From positions 8,166,317 to 8,230,316 of the forward strand of contig CM082595.2 in NCBI GenBank assembly GCA_040954595.2: 64,000 nucleotides of DNA, given 5' to 3'. A model generated the notes under the pieces. It saw nothing but the letters and a program-made list of their open reading frames with translations. It was not told the origin of the DNA and made no database searches. Every line of letters starts with the position of its first letter. The stretch's first letter is position 1. Positions 35,059-46,503 of the stretch are shown here, one piece after another. The position numbers and the translations under genes are program-made. This DNA is from Balanoglossus misakiensis. Its lineage: Eukaryota; Animalia; Hemichordata.

Positions 35059-35895
35059 TGGCAATTCCTACGCAAGTTCTTTTTTCGGGACGGAGAGGAT
35101 GATACTGACAAGTGCCATGTTTTAACTGGTCAGAAGTGTCTGGACAACGGACAACGCCCAACCAGGTGTGTCTTTCGCTGAGCTGGACGTCCTTGGGGAG
35201 CCACCCGGACTGCAGACAGACGGGAGCCAGGTCCAAGCGTCAACGGCGAGGAAAATTCTCTGCAGAGTGCCAAGTGGTGAAGTCGCTGAACTGTTACCGG
35301 CCGGAACTGTTTAGTGTGAAGTGTTCATCGCGGTATACAAGGTATTGTGTGTCCAGAACTTGACAGTGTTATTCCGTGCGAACTATAGACAGTGCGCATA
35401 AATTCCGTCCGTGGCGCATAGTTTCCATCTGTGATAACTTCGGACTTGAACTTGTGGACTGGGTATTATATTGCAAACGAACTTTCTGGTTATTCGCCGT
35501 AGAACCTGGTGTAACGTAATGTTTGTAAATTTTTCTTTCAACAGTATATTTTGGTTAAGTGCTGAAGTATAAATTTTCTTTGAAAATTTCAGTTCATTAT
35601 TTTCCAAACGACGTGAAAAAAAAAATTGTCAGCGCTTGTTGAAAAAAAAATATTAAGTTATAAGTTAAATATTGTATATTGACTTGAGTTAGTTTATTAT
35701 TGTATTAGTTATTTAGTTGTTTCATTATTATTGAGACTGTCCATGAATGGTCGTATTCATCCAAATCATACATTAGTCTCTATAGAACCTTTGGCAGTGT
35801 CTGTAAGCTATTCTATGCTTATTTCATTCCCTGTTAACGTATGTGCTATGCCAGTAGATACTGATATTATTGTTAAGATTTTCCAGTGAAATAGC

Positions 35896-37392
35896 TTGCA
35901 TTGCATCGTATTTAACGACACGTCAGAGTCCTCCCAAATTGCCTCTCATTTTATGGAGAAAAAAAAAATGGCTGTGTCCAAAATATCAATTCAAGAGCGA
36001 AGCATTTATGTGCAACACTTGCCTTTTGAATGTACAAAGAAACATTTTAGAGAATTTATCGAGTTACAGCTTGGTTTGGCCCAGGTTGATCAAATTTATA
36101 TTTCTGATAAAGATTCCGCTTTTGTCATATTTGAGAATATAGAATCAGCCACAGCCGCTCTGCCAGTAATACATAAAAGCACTTTTGAAGAAAGCAAATT
36201 ACGGGCAAGTCGTGTGACCACAGCCCGAGGGTTGGAACTGTGGCATTTAATTGAGGAAACCGAACAAAGTACTGGCCTAGATTACAATGAAACCAGTGAT
36301 CCCAAGACATCCAAACCCAAAGCAGATGTACAGGAAATTATTAACATGTTGAGTTTACTGTCTGAAGCAGATAGGAAAGCGGTTGCACAGGCCATATCAC
36401 CTGCTCCACTGAAACCAATCGTATCAACCCCTATGCCACAGCCGATTCCATTTCCAGCATTTCCAGTACCAACTTCAGTTGCAGATTCTTCACCATTTAT
36501 TATGTCTTCACCTGCCCAAGCAGCTGCTGCACAGCCAGCCACAGCCACTACTGCTTTTCACTCGGTGGAATTCCCAAGAATAGTCGTCTTCTCTGGCAAA
36601 GGTGATGTCACTTACGAAATGTGGCGATATGAAGTTCGAGCACTACAGAGGGAGAATGTGTTTCCGGAGACCATAATTATGCAGGCTGTTCGGAAATCCC
36701 TACGAGCGTCCGCTGCTGAAGTCCTACTACATATGGGAGAAGACATCACAGTGTCCCGATTGATGGCGAAGATGGACATGGTCTTTGGGAAAGTATTGCC
36801 ACCGGAAGCAGTTTTGGAAAAATTCTATACAGCACGACAAACGAAGACAGAAAAGGTAGCAGAATGGGCCTGTCGCATCGAAGGACTTTTGGATGAACTC
36901 AGATCAGGTCAGTCCATCTCTAGTAATTCAGAAGAAACCATGCTTCGAACCAAATTCTTTTCTGGCCTGTCAGATGAGCACATTAAGAATGCAATCAGAC
37001 ACCGATATGATACGGGAGAAGATTATGCAGGATTGTTGCTAGCCGCAAGAAAGCTTGAAGTAAATAGGGAGACCACTACCAGGGTTCACCAAGCAACTGT
37101 TGCTGACAAGACGATGATAACCAAATTGGAGGAACTTACCAAAGGTCTGAAGAACTTAGCTGAGAAGGTTGCTGAACTAGAGAAGCGAACTTCAACATCA
37201 TCAACTCCAGAGTCTACTTTTCGCCGACGTGTCAACAATGAAAATGGCCGGGATCGGCGTGGCAACGATGGAACTCGCCAACCCAAACAAGTTTTCCCAG
37301 GCAACTGCTTCAAGTGTGGTGAACATGGACACAAAAAGACAGACTGTCCTTTAAATGGGGAGCGACCAGGCATCCGGAGGGACATGCGCTAG
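35896..37392 (+). CDS. gag: Gypsy Gag (N-terminal RRM-like domain, PNMA-like capsid, CCHC knuckle); true start probably ATG 35952 or 35968
   Basis: IYVQHL and SAFVIF RNP-like motifs; FSG..YEMWRYEV...AVRKSLR capsid pattern; CFKCGEHGHKKTDC. Confidence 0.9.
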   Translation: MHCIVFNDTSESSQIASHFMEKKKMAVSKISIQERSIYVQHLPFECTKKHFREFIELQLGLAQVDQIYISDKDSAFVIFENIESATAALPVIHKSTFEESKLRASRVTTARGLELWHLIEETEQSTGLDYNETSDPKTSKPKADVQEIINMLSLLSEADRKAVAQAISPAPLKPIVSTPMPQPIPFPAFPVPTSVADSSPFIMSSPAQAAAAQPATATTAFHSVEFPRIVVFSGKGDVTYEMWRYEVRALQRENVFPETIIMQAVRKSLRASAAEVLLHMGEDITVSRLMAKMDMVFGKVLPPEAVLEKFYTARQTKTEKVAEWACRIEGLLDELRSGQSISSNSEETMLRTKFFSGLSDEHIKNAIRHRYDTGEDYAGLLLAARKLEVNRETTTRVHQATVADKTMITKLEELTKGLKNLAEKVAELEKRTSTSSTPESTFRRRVNNENGRDRRGNDGTRQPKQVFPGNCFKCGEHGHKKTDCPLNGERPGIRRDMR

Positions 37393-37400
37393 GTCGGAAC
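37350..37400 (+). promoter_or_regulatory. Candidate -1 ribosomal frameshift site (T TTA AAT plus downstream stem-loop)
   Basis: The slippery heptamer at 37350-37356 is in the gag frame. The -1 frame is open from here into pol. CGACC...GGTCG and GCAT...ATGC can pair downstream. Confidence 0.7.
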
Positions 37401-40400
37401 GGTAACAGTCCCTCTAATGTTATTGATTCTTTAATAGGCCACGCCAATGAAACTGAGATTGTGTTGGAAGGATCCTCGTGTATTGCGCTGATAGACACCG
37501 GGTCCATGGTATCTACTGTTGCTGACACTTTTAACAGAGAGAAGCTACAGAAACCAATTCATGACCTGAACAACTTGGTGAAGGTAGAAGGGGCTAGTGG
37601 TACAGAAGTTCCTTACCTTGGTTATATTGAAGTTGAAGTGAAATTCCCAGATAGCCATGGACAAGAGATGTCTAAAGATATATTATTGCTTGTTGTTGAA
37701 GACACGGAATATAATCAGATGGTTCCAGTTGTGATAGGCACAAATGTTCTCCAACATTTTGTGGATGAAGATACACAGTACAGTACAGACCTATCCTCAG
37801 TATGGAGACTAGCATACCAAGCGACTATCCACCGGCAGAGGGCCGAAGGTAGGACATTTACAGTTACCACTACTAAACCCACAACCATTGGACCATACGA
37901 ACGCACAGTCATCCATGGATTTTGCAGAGTGGACCTAAGAAATTGTCAATCAGTAGTTGTGGTGGAACCAGAAAATGACAGACTTTTACCTGGTGGTTTA
38001 CTTGTTACTCCAGCCGTGTTGAAGTTAGAGCCTCGTGGTAATTCGTGTCGAATCCCAGTAATGGTGACCAACTATGGAGCACGTGCTGTCACAGTTCCCC
38101 CTAAAAGCACCCTATGTAACATGAACTTAGCATCTAATGTCTCACAGCCTTTAGATCCATATGGAGATGATATTGATACAAACTCAGATGGGACCACCTC
38201 ACCAAAAGTACCCGATTGGCTGATAAAAGACCTGGGATTACAAGAGGCAGATACAGAATTAACAGAAATCCAGAAAGACCAAGCCTTGGCTACCATTGGT
38301 AAATGGCAAACCGTGTTCTCTACAGGTGAGAGAGATTTGGGACACACAACATTGGTAACACATTCGATAAAGTTAACGGATGAAACCCCCTTTAAAGATA
38401 AATACCGTCGAATCCCTATGGGTATGTACGAAGAATTGCAACAGTACCTGCAAGATATGCTACAGAGTGGTGTGATTAGAGAATCAAACAGCCCGTGGTC
38501 CTCAAATGTTGTATGTGTCAGAAAACCTGATGGGAAGCTGAGGGTGTGTATTGATTATAGACGTCTCAACGCCAAAACCATTAAAGACGCTTACGCATTA
38601 CCCCGGGTATTGGATACGCTTGATAACCTTAGTAACGCCGAGTGGTTTTCATCGCTTGATCTACGGTCTGGATATTACCAAGTAGAGATGGCGGAAGACG
38701 ACAAAGCGAAGACAGCTTTCACGGTGGGAAACTTCGGCTTATTTGAATTCAACCGTATGTCTATGGGTCTGACCAACGCACCTGCAACTTTCCAGCGTCT
38801 CATGGAGAAGTGTTTTGGAGAATTGGCGTTCAGAGAATGTTGTGTGTATTTAGATGACATCATAGTATTTTCGAAGACTTTTGAAGACCACCTCAATAGA
38901 TTGGAGCGGGTATTCCAGCGGCTGGCATCACATGGATTAAAGTTGAAGGCAACGAAATGTGTTTTATTCCAGAAGAAGGTGAAATATCTTGGACACGTGG
39001 TATCAGCCGACGGAATTACAACGGACCCAGACAAGGTAGCAGCTCTGAAGGAATGGCCAATACCCACTACTGTAACAGAACTGAGAAGATTTCTTGGATT
39101 TGCAGGGTATTACAGGAGATTTATCCAAAGCTACAGTAATATTGCCAAGCCACTTAACGACTTGCTGTGTGGACGTCAGTCAAGGAATAAGGCGGGAAAA
39201 TTTGAAAAACTCCAGTGGGGACAACAGGAACAACAAGCTTTCGACACTCTGAGGAAGAGCCTAATGTCGTCACCAATACTAGCCTTTGCTGACTACTCAC
39301 TTCCATTTGAAATACATACTGATGCAAGTTCCACAGGTCTGGGAGCAGTGCTGTATCAACGCCAGAAAGGTATTCTCAGAGTAATTGCCTATGCAAGTAG
39401 AGGACTCACCAAGTCTGAAAGTAATTATCCAGCTCATAAATTAGAATTTTTGGCACTGAAATGGGCCGTCACCAAGAAGTTCAACGACTACCTGTATGGA
39501 AGCAAATTCACTGTGTTTACAGACAACAACCCTTTGACGTATGTGTTAACTTCTGCGAAACTGGATGCGGTGGGACACAGATGGTTGTCAGACTTGTCAT
39601 TGTACGACTTCTCTATTGTTTACCGGAGTGGTAAGAAGAATATAGAGGCTGACGCCTTGTCTAGGATTCCATGGAATAGAGAGAATCCAGAGACGGAAAC
39701 CAATCTGGGAGCCGATGTAGTCCAGGCGCTTTGTCGAGCAACAGAAGGTCCATACGTAACTTCATTCGGAATGGTAGCAGATGAGGACAGACCTGCAGTA
39801 GTTCAAGGTGGGGATGATGTGTTCTGGAAGACGGAGCAGTCCAAAGATTCAACAATACGGTATGTGACTGATCAGCTTGAAAAGGACCACAAACCACTTA
39901 TGAGAGATCATACAGGAGATATCAGACTACTTATACGAGATTGGAAACGCCTTGTTCTGAAGAATGGAGTCCTATACAGGAAATGCTTCATCGATGATAT
40001 ACAATATTTGCAACTTGTCTTACCAGTACACCATAGAAAAGATGTCCTGGAGGAACTACATGATAAACTTGGACACTTTGGCCAAGATAAAACCCTGGAT
40101 CTGGTACGACGAAGATTCTACTGGCCTAGGATGTCGATGGATGTTCAAAAGAAAGTGGAACATTGTTTACCATGCATTCGCAGGAAAAGTTCAACTTCCT
40201 TACCCAGAACTCCCTTGGTTAATATTCACACATCACAACCGATGGAAATGGTGTGCATTGACTTTCTCCATATACCAACCCCAGATCAAGGATATAGCAA
40301 CATATTAGTGATGACGGACCATTTCACTCGATACGCTATAGCAGTACCTACAAAGAACCAGTCTGCCAAAACAACTGCCAAAGCATTGTTTGAACATTTG

Positions 40401-41609
40401 ATTTTGCATTATGGGTTCCCAGGACGATTACACAGTGACCAGGGGCGAAACTTTGAGTCGTCTACAATTCAGGAACTTTGCCGAATAGCTAATATTAAGA
40501 AGTCCAGGACCACTCCATACCACCCCCAGGGAAATGGAATGTGCGAACGATTTAATAAGACGTTATTACAGATGCTTGGAACTATGAATGAAGACAACAA
40601 AACAAGATGGGCTTCACATGTCAATACGATGGTTCATGCCTATAATTCTACAAAGCATGAAAGCACCGGATATTCACCTTTCTTTTTGATGTTTGGTCGT
40701 GAACCAAGACTGCCTATAGATGTATCTGGACATGCAGACCAGACCAACCTAGAATATGGTGGAACAGTTTCAGATTATGTGACGAAACTTGCCGAACGGT
40801 TGGATTACGCCTATAAAGTAGCAACGGAACGGTCTGTTAAGTCTGGTGAACGGCAGAAGAAGTCATATGATAGAAAAGTGAAGGTGGCCATAATACAACC
40901 TGGTGATACTGTGTTGGTGAAGAATACAGGACCTAAAGACAATTACAAATTGGCAGACCAATGGGAAAAGGATCCATATACAGTGATTTCACAGCCCATA
41001 GAAGACATTCCAGTATACGTGGTACAAAAACAAGTTAAGGGTGGAAGGAAGCGGACACTACATAGAAATTTGCTACTCCCAATACCAATAATTCCGGACG
41101 AACTGGATGACGATGTTAACACCAAGATGACGCAGCGTGATGTTAAGCAGAGTGTACCGGGTGTTATCAACGATGCTACCCAGGATGCAGTGGACGAAGA
41201 GGATGACGGCATTGGTAAATTGCAATTCGTGTCAACTATCAACTTGCCAACAGAACACAATGCTCTTAATCCTACTGCTGCAGAATTCATCCCATCCAGA
41301 AGAGAAAGTTCCCTGATGGACAACCCCACAAGTATGGTTAATCCGGATGGACCTTCTCAAGTACTTACCTCAGATTTCTCGAATCATATTTTGCAAAGTA
41401 CGGATGGTTGGTCATCGAGCGATCCAGATGGTATCACTCCTGCTACAACCAACATCAGTCCTGACTCCAGTAGTAGTACTCAACCTGAACCACGCTATCC
41501 TACACGACAGAGACGACCTCCAGATAGATATAGTCCCGAACAATGGAATCTAAAACAGTTTGCTCATACGACTTTATCTTCTATACCATTTATTAATTGC
41601 CACTATTAA
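37350..41609 (+). CDS. pol: Gypsy Pol (protease, RT, RNase H, integrase)
   Basis: IDTGS, YLDDI, TDAS/AHKLE/DALSR, HHCC and DDE (CIDF, HSDQG, CER). Uninterrupted for more than 1380 codons. Confidence 0.96.
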   Translation, partial: FKWGATRHPEGHALGRNGNSPSNVIDSLIGHANETEIVLEGSSCIALIDTGSMVSTVADTFNREKLQKPIHDLNNLVKVEGASGTEVPYLGYIEVEVKFPDSHGQEMSKDILLLVVEDTEYNQMVPVVIGTNVLQHFVDEDTQYSTDLSSVWRLAYQATIHRQRAEGRTFTVTTTKPTTIGPYERTVIHGFCRVDLRNCQSVVVVEPENDRLLPGGLLVTPAVLKLEPRGNSCRIPVMVTNYGARAVTVPPKSTLCNMNLASNVSQPLDPYGDDIDTNSDGTTSPKVPDWLIKDLGLQEADTELTEIQKDQALATIGKWQTVFSTGERDLGHTTLVTHSIKLTDETPFKDKYRRIPMGMYEELQQYLQDMLQSGVIRESNSPWSSNVVCVRKPDGKLRVCIDYRRLNAKTIKDAYALPRVLDTLDNLSNAEWFSSLDLRSGYYQVEMAEDDKAKTAFTVGNFGLFEFNRMSMGLTNAPATFQRLMEKCFGELAFRECCVYLDDIIVFSKTFEDHLNRLERVFQRLASHGLKLKATKCVLFQKKVKYLGHVVSADGITTDPDKVAALKEWPIPTTVTELRRFLGFAGYYRRFIQSYSNIAKPLNDLLCGRQSRNKAGKFEKLQWGQQEQQAFDTLRKSLMSSPILAFADYSLPFEIHTDASSTGLGAVLYQRQKGILRVIAYASRGLTKSESNYPAHKLEFLALKWAVTKKFNDYLYGSKFTVFTDNNPLTYVLTSAKLDAVGHRWLSDLSLYDFSIVYRSGKKNIEADALSRIPWNRENPETETNLGADVVQALCRATEGPYVTSFGMVADEDRPAVVQGGDDVFWKTEQSKDSTIRYVTDQLEKDHKPLMRDHTGDIRLLIRDWKRLVLKNGVLYRKCFIDDIQYLQLVLPVHHRKDVLEELHDKLGHFGQDKTLDLVRRRFYWPRMSMDVQKKVEHCLPCIRRKSSTSLPRTPLVNIHTSQPMEMVCIDFLHIPTPDQGYSNILVMTDHFTRYAIAVPTKNQSAKTTAKALFEHLILHYGFPGRLHSDQGRNFESSTIQELCRIANIKKSRTTPYHPQGNGMCERFNKTLLQMLGTMNEDNKTRWASHVNTMVHAYNSTKHESTGYSPFFLMFGREPRLPIDVSGHADQTNLEYGGTVSDYVTKLAERLDYAYKVATERSVKSGERQKKSYDRKVKVAIIQPGDTVLVKNTGPKDNYKLADQWEKDPYTVISQPIEDIPVYVVQKQVKGGRKRTLHRNLLLPIPIIPDELDDDVNTKMTQRDVKQSVPGVINDATQDAVDEEDDGIGKLQFVSTINLPTEHNALNPTAAEFIPSRRESSLMDNPTSMVNPDGPSQVLTSDFSNHILQSTDGWSSSDPDGITPATTNISPDSSSSTQPEPRYPTRQRRPPDRYSPEQWNLKQFAHTTLSSIPFINCHY

Positions 41610-41668
41610 TCAAATATCTTTAACTTACTTTAAATGACGAGGACGCCATTTCTCCTCGCAGGGGTGCG

Positions 41669-42312
41669 TGTAACGGCCTTGTTGATCCATTGAATTTGTA
41701 TACATTTATATCTGTATGTATGTTATACCTGTATCTTATAGTAATTAGTTATTCAATTATTCATATGACGTAATAGTACTTACCTTCAATTGGTTGATCT
41801 TAATTATATGCAAACCACCTGGAAGTTTCATTTGACCAATGAACACAAGCTAATCTGGCACTATGATGTAATTGCTGATATAAAAGGACATGGTGCATAA
41901 AATTGGTCAGTTCACCTCTGTAGCCAGACCGGCCACACACGTTGTGGAACTGACATGTATTTGTTCCATTTCAGGTTAGTTTCCTTGTACCTTACCTGTT
42001 GCTTGAAGCTTTGTATTTTGGTGCATTCTACCGACTCATTTCAGCACAAGTAATTGGTGTCTTTAACTTGCGTCAATTTTCCAATTGTATGTCTATATTT
42101 TTCACTTGCATGAATTTTGGTGTATTCTGTTGGAGGTGAACTCCCATACATGTGTGTAATTTAGCAGTTCACCTCTGTAGCCAGACCGGCCACACACGTT
42201 GGAACTGACATGTATTTGTTCCATTTCAGTTATTAAATGTAAGGCCTATGTCTTTGTTACCCGTAACCTGTATGGTGTGAATATGTTGGAATGAACGGCG
42301 ACAACCGTGACA
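41669..42312 (+). repeat. Gypsy 3' LTR (644 bp)
   Basis: Copy of 34394-35037 at offset 7275; no differences spotted by eye. Confidence 0.93.
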
Positions 42313-43160
42313 AATGGCGTAGTCGGCAGGATTTGGCAATTCCTACGCAAGTTCTTTTTTCGGGACGGAGAGGATGATACTGACAAGTGCCATGTTTTAA
42401 CTGGTCAGAAGTGTCTGGACAACGGACAACGCCCAACCAGGTGTGTCTTTCGCTGAGCTGGACGTCCTTGGGGAGCCACCCGGACTGCAGACAGACGGGA
42501 GCCAGGTCCAAGCGTCAACGGCGAGGAAAATTCTCTGCAGAGTGCCAAGTGGTGAAGTCGCTGAACTGTTACCGGCCGGAACTGTTTAGTGTGAAGTGTT
42601 CATCGCGGTATACAAGGTATTGTGTGTCCAGAACTTGACAGTGTTATTCCGTGCGAACTATAGACAGTGCGCATAAATTCCGTCCGTGGCGCATAGTTTC
42701 CATCTGTGATAACTTCGGACTTGAACTTGTGGACTGGGTATTATATTGCAAACGAACTTTCTGGTTATTCGCCGTAGAACCTGGTGTAACGTAATGTTTG
42801 TAAATTTTTCTTTCAACAGTATATTTTGGTTAAGTGCTGAAGTATAAATTTTCTTTGAAAATTTCAGTTCATTATTTTCCAAACGACGTGAAAAAAAAAA
42901 TTGTCAGCGCTTGTTGAAAAAAAAATATTAAGTTATAAGTTAAATATTGTATATTGACTTGAGTTAGTTTATTATTGTATTAGTTATTTAGTTGTTTCAT
43001 TATTATTGAGACTGTCCATGAATGGTCGTATTCATCCAAATCATACATTAGTCTCTATAGAACCTTTGGCAGTGTCTGTAAGCTATTCTATGCTTATTTC
43101 ATTCCCTGTTAACGTATGTGCTATGCCAGTAGATACTGATATTATTGTTAAGATTTTCCA
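42313..43160 (+). repeat. Second copy of Gypsy PBS + 5' leader (848 bp)
   Basis: Matches 35038-35885 at the same 7275 offset, with the PBS at 42315. Confidence 0.93.
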
Positions 43161-46100
43161 TATTATATTATATAAATATATTGGATATCATTAAAAAGCC
43201 TAAATTTGACCTCAATTATACAAGTAATAAAATTCAGTGATGGGGTGTTTAAAACATAATATTCGTAGATTTTCCCAGAAGTATGCAAAACAGCAGGCAA
43301 AATTGAGGCGCCACTTGAAGAAAACCTTAGAGAAAAAAACTAAAATGGGAACTTAACAAAGCTAACCGTTTCACCGACTATGATCTTACTAATGCTCATA
43401 TCATTCAGGAAGACCTTGACAACACTATTTCCTTAGAAACCAAAGGGGCCTTAATCCGTTCTAAGATCCAGTTGTATGAGGAGGGTGAGATATCCACTCG
43501 GTTTTTCTTTAACCTAGAAAAGTCTAAGCAGGAAAGAAAATGCATCAAATCTTTAATTACTGACAACAATGAAATTCTCACTGACATTACTGATATAATC
43601 TCAGAAGCTCATACATTTTACTCAAAGCTTTATAACAATGAGCCTTGTGATCTTGCACTTCAAAATACTTTCCTTGGTTACATCACAAATACTGTTTCTG
43701 ATAAGGAGTGCGCTGTCGCCGATTCAGAGTTTTCGGTAGAAGAGGTGACCTTTGCCCTCTCTAAGTGTATTCATAATAAAAGCCCAGGCGCTGATGGTTT
43801 ACCGTACGAATTTTATCTTCACTTCTGGGAAGATATCAAAGATGATTTGCTTGACATTTTCAACTGTATTTTCTCCAATAACATTTTTCCTTGATGAGTG
43901 GAAAACTGGTCTTATTACCTTAATCCCTAAAGCAGACAGTGACCCCCGTTACATTAAAAATTGGCGCCCTATAACCCTCCTCAACTGTGATTACAAAATT
44001 CTAGCTAAAACACTTGCCATTAGGCTCAATAGAATTATGCCCTCCATGGTCAGCCCGGATCAAACTTGCTGTGTCCCAGGTCTTGACATTGTGGACAATG
44101 TTTTCTGTATGAGAGATCTCATCCATCATGTTGAATCCAGTAACTGTCCAGGTGCCATTCTGAAATTTGATCAGATGAAATCCTTTGATCGTGTTGATCA
44201 CAAGTATCTGCTTAACACACTGAGGGCGTTCAGGTTCGGTGATAATTTTGTTAAATGGATTTCCATACTGTACAACCAAGTTATACGTAATGTAAAAATT
44301 AACGGGTTTTTGTCTGACTCGGTGTTAATTAAACGAAGTGTCAGACAAGGGTGCCCGCTGTCAGCAATGTTGTACATGCTGTCGGCTGAGCCTCTAAATG
44401 CCGCTATTCAGCGTAACCACAACATACTTGGTATCCAAATTCCAGGCAGTACTGTATCTTCCTTAGTTTATCAACATGCTGATGATACCACACTTACCGT
44501 TAGTGATGACCATTCTATCCGCGAAGCGTATCAGGTCTTTTATGATTATGGCAAAGCTTCTGGGTCAAAGGTTAATTTGAACAAAAGTGCACTGATGTGG
44601 ATTGGAAACAATAGAGGGCGTACTGACTGCCCCTTACCTGTCAGGCTTCAACCGGATGGCATGGTCATTCTTGGTGTCATGTTGAGTCATGAACAATCAG
44701 TTGCTGATGATTTGGTCTGATGGGCTCAGCGCATTCCAAAAATCTGTATAATTCTGAAATCTTGGTCATTTCGTAAATTGTCCTACAAAGGGAAAACCCT
44801 CATTATCAACTCCCTTGTTACGTCTACTCTGTGGTACAGGGCATCTGTTGTTTCGTTGCCTCAGCAACACATACAAATTTTGAATGAGCACATCTGTAAT
44901 TTCTTCTGGAGCAAAGGTCATCACAGGGTGAAATATGATGTCATCACTTCCGACATTCAAGATGGGGGACTTAAAGTCACAAATATTCAAGACAAAGTGC
45001 ATGCACTTCGTCTCAAGTGGTTGTGTAAATTGCTGGATAAAGATTATGTTCACAAATTCAAGCTGTTTTTCACCTACAACTTAAATAAATATTTCGATCT
45101 CAATTGTGGTGTTGACACTTTTAAAATGTTACTTTATCCTACCAACTTACGTCAGTGTTCTACATTCTACAGGGAATTGTTTCAGTCTTGGTCGCATCTT
45201 TTCAAGTATTTTCGTGCACAACCAGTTTCCTACGATGAAATTATCAATGAACCCATTTTTCATAACCCATTCATTACAAGTGTAGAAGGGGGCCCCCTGG
45301 CGATTATAAAGCTTTTCAGTTCAGCTGGCATTGTCAAAATCAGGGATTTGTTATACGAGGTCATTCCTGGGTTCCTACCTGTTGATGCAATTGGTGACAT
45401 GGTTTCATTGGCCCATCCTGACACTCCCACAAGCAATACTGTTGAGAAGCAACCATATTATCCTCAATTCAATTCCTCAAAAGAGGCATGATATTCTGCA
45501 GGGTAATTACAAAGATTATAACAAAGTGGACAAAAACCCGTCTCTTTTTATTGTTAATGCTCATGATCAACGTGTTCCTTTCCATTCTCTTAAGGTTAGA
45601 CACATTACTACAATAGCTCGGCATCTGTAATCTTCGTCTTTATAAAGCAGGCAAAATCCTCAGTCCGACTTGTGACTTCTGCACATTTTTTCCCGAAGAC
45701 GTGTATCATTTGTTTGTGTGCTGCCAGGCAGTTCAATCCTTGTGGCAACTTAGTTTTGAGTATATCTACAGTGCCAGTAATGTAAATAAGTTTAACCCAA
45801 CAGATATAATTCTAATGATGTTATTTGGTTATCCTGTCAATGATGACAAGTACGAGTACACGCTGATCAATATTTTATTGTCACTTTCACGTTATACAAT
45901 TCATAGTAGAAGATTAGCATACAAGCGTTGTACTCGGAAAATCGACTTGATCAAGTTCTTTAAGTACAAATTAAAACAGAAAATCACTTTTGAATATAAC
46001 AGGTGCAAAGCAAGTGATGATGTTGCGCTATTTGAAAGCATCTTTGCACAAAACAATGTACTTGTAACGGTAAGAGATTTTGACTTTACCTTCAATTTTT

Positions 46101-46503
46101 AAACAGTCTTTTTGTCTATGTTGTCACCTTCAGTTGAACCTGGCGCCCTCTGGTGTTACATACCATCTTTTTTTACTGGTAATTGTTCCTGTAATTAAAT
46201 TGTATGTCACAATTCCATGACAGATTGGAGTATAGGACTTACATAAATGATGGAATACTGTAATTCAATATTGTGAATTTAAAGATTGTTTATGTTGAAT
46301 GATTCGATTACACATGCATTCATTCCGGTGAATGTTTTTTCATCAATATTGTAATGATTTGCAATAGTAGTGTAACATGTTGAGAATTTATGGAATTTAT
46401 TTAATATGAATCTTTCACTGTAATTACAAGCTACTTGTAATGTACAATCTATTTTTAACAGGGCAAGCCAGTGGGCCTGTCCTTTTTAATAAAAGATAAA
46501 AAA

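Larger units (their letters stand above)
34394..43174 (+). mobile_element. Intact Ty3/Gypsy LTR retrotransposon followed by an extra PBS + leader copy
   Basis: LTRs TGTAACGG...CCGTGACA at 34394-35037 and 41669-42312; tRNA-Ser PBS; gag and pol open; purine-rich tract before the 3' LTR; duplicated leader to 43160. Confidence 0.95.
33547..46102 (+). pseudogene. LINE ORF2 (APE endonuclease + RT + zinc knuckle), split by the Gypsy element, with stops, frameshifts and a ~150-bp deletion near 45627
   Basis: ORF pieces 33547-34173, 43472-43894, 43752-44720, 44778-45491 and 45701-46102. Confidence 0.9.
27310..46503 (+). mobile_element. Full-length (~5.6 kb net) Tx1/L1-clade LINE, copy 2, containing nested insertions at 28011-32847 and 34394-43178
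   Basis: 5' UTR with GCAGACGTG; ORF1 with three CCHC knuckles; APE endonuclease (NANGL, FQET, NIYSP, GDFN, SDH); RT; 3' UTR homologous to copy 1, with AATAAA and an A tail at ~46488-46503. Confidence 0.92.

Noticed and set aside
34394-35885. 1492-bp LTRs
   Set aside because: The direct repeat is that long, but the true LTR ends at CCGTGACA (35037), where the tRNA-Ser PBS follows. The rest is duplicated leader.
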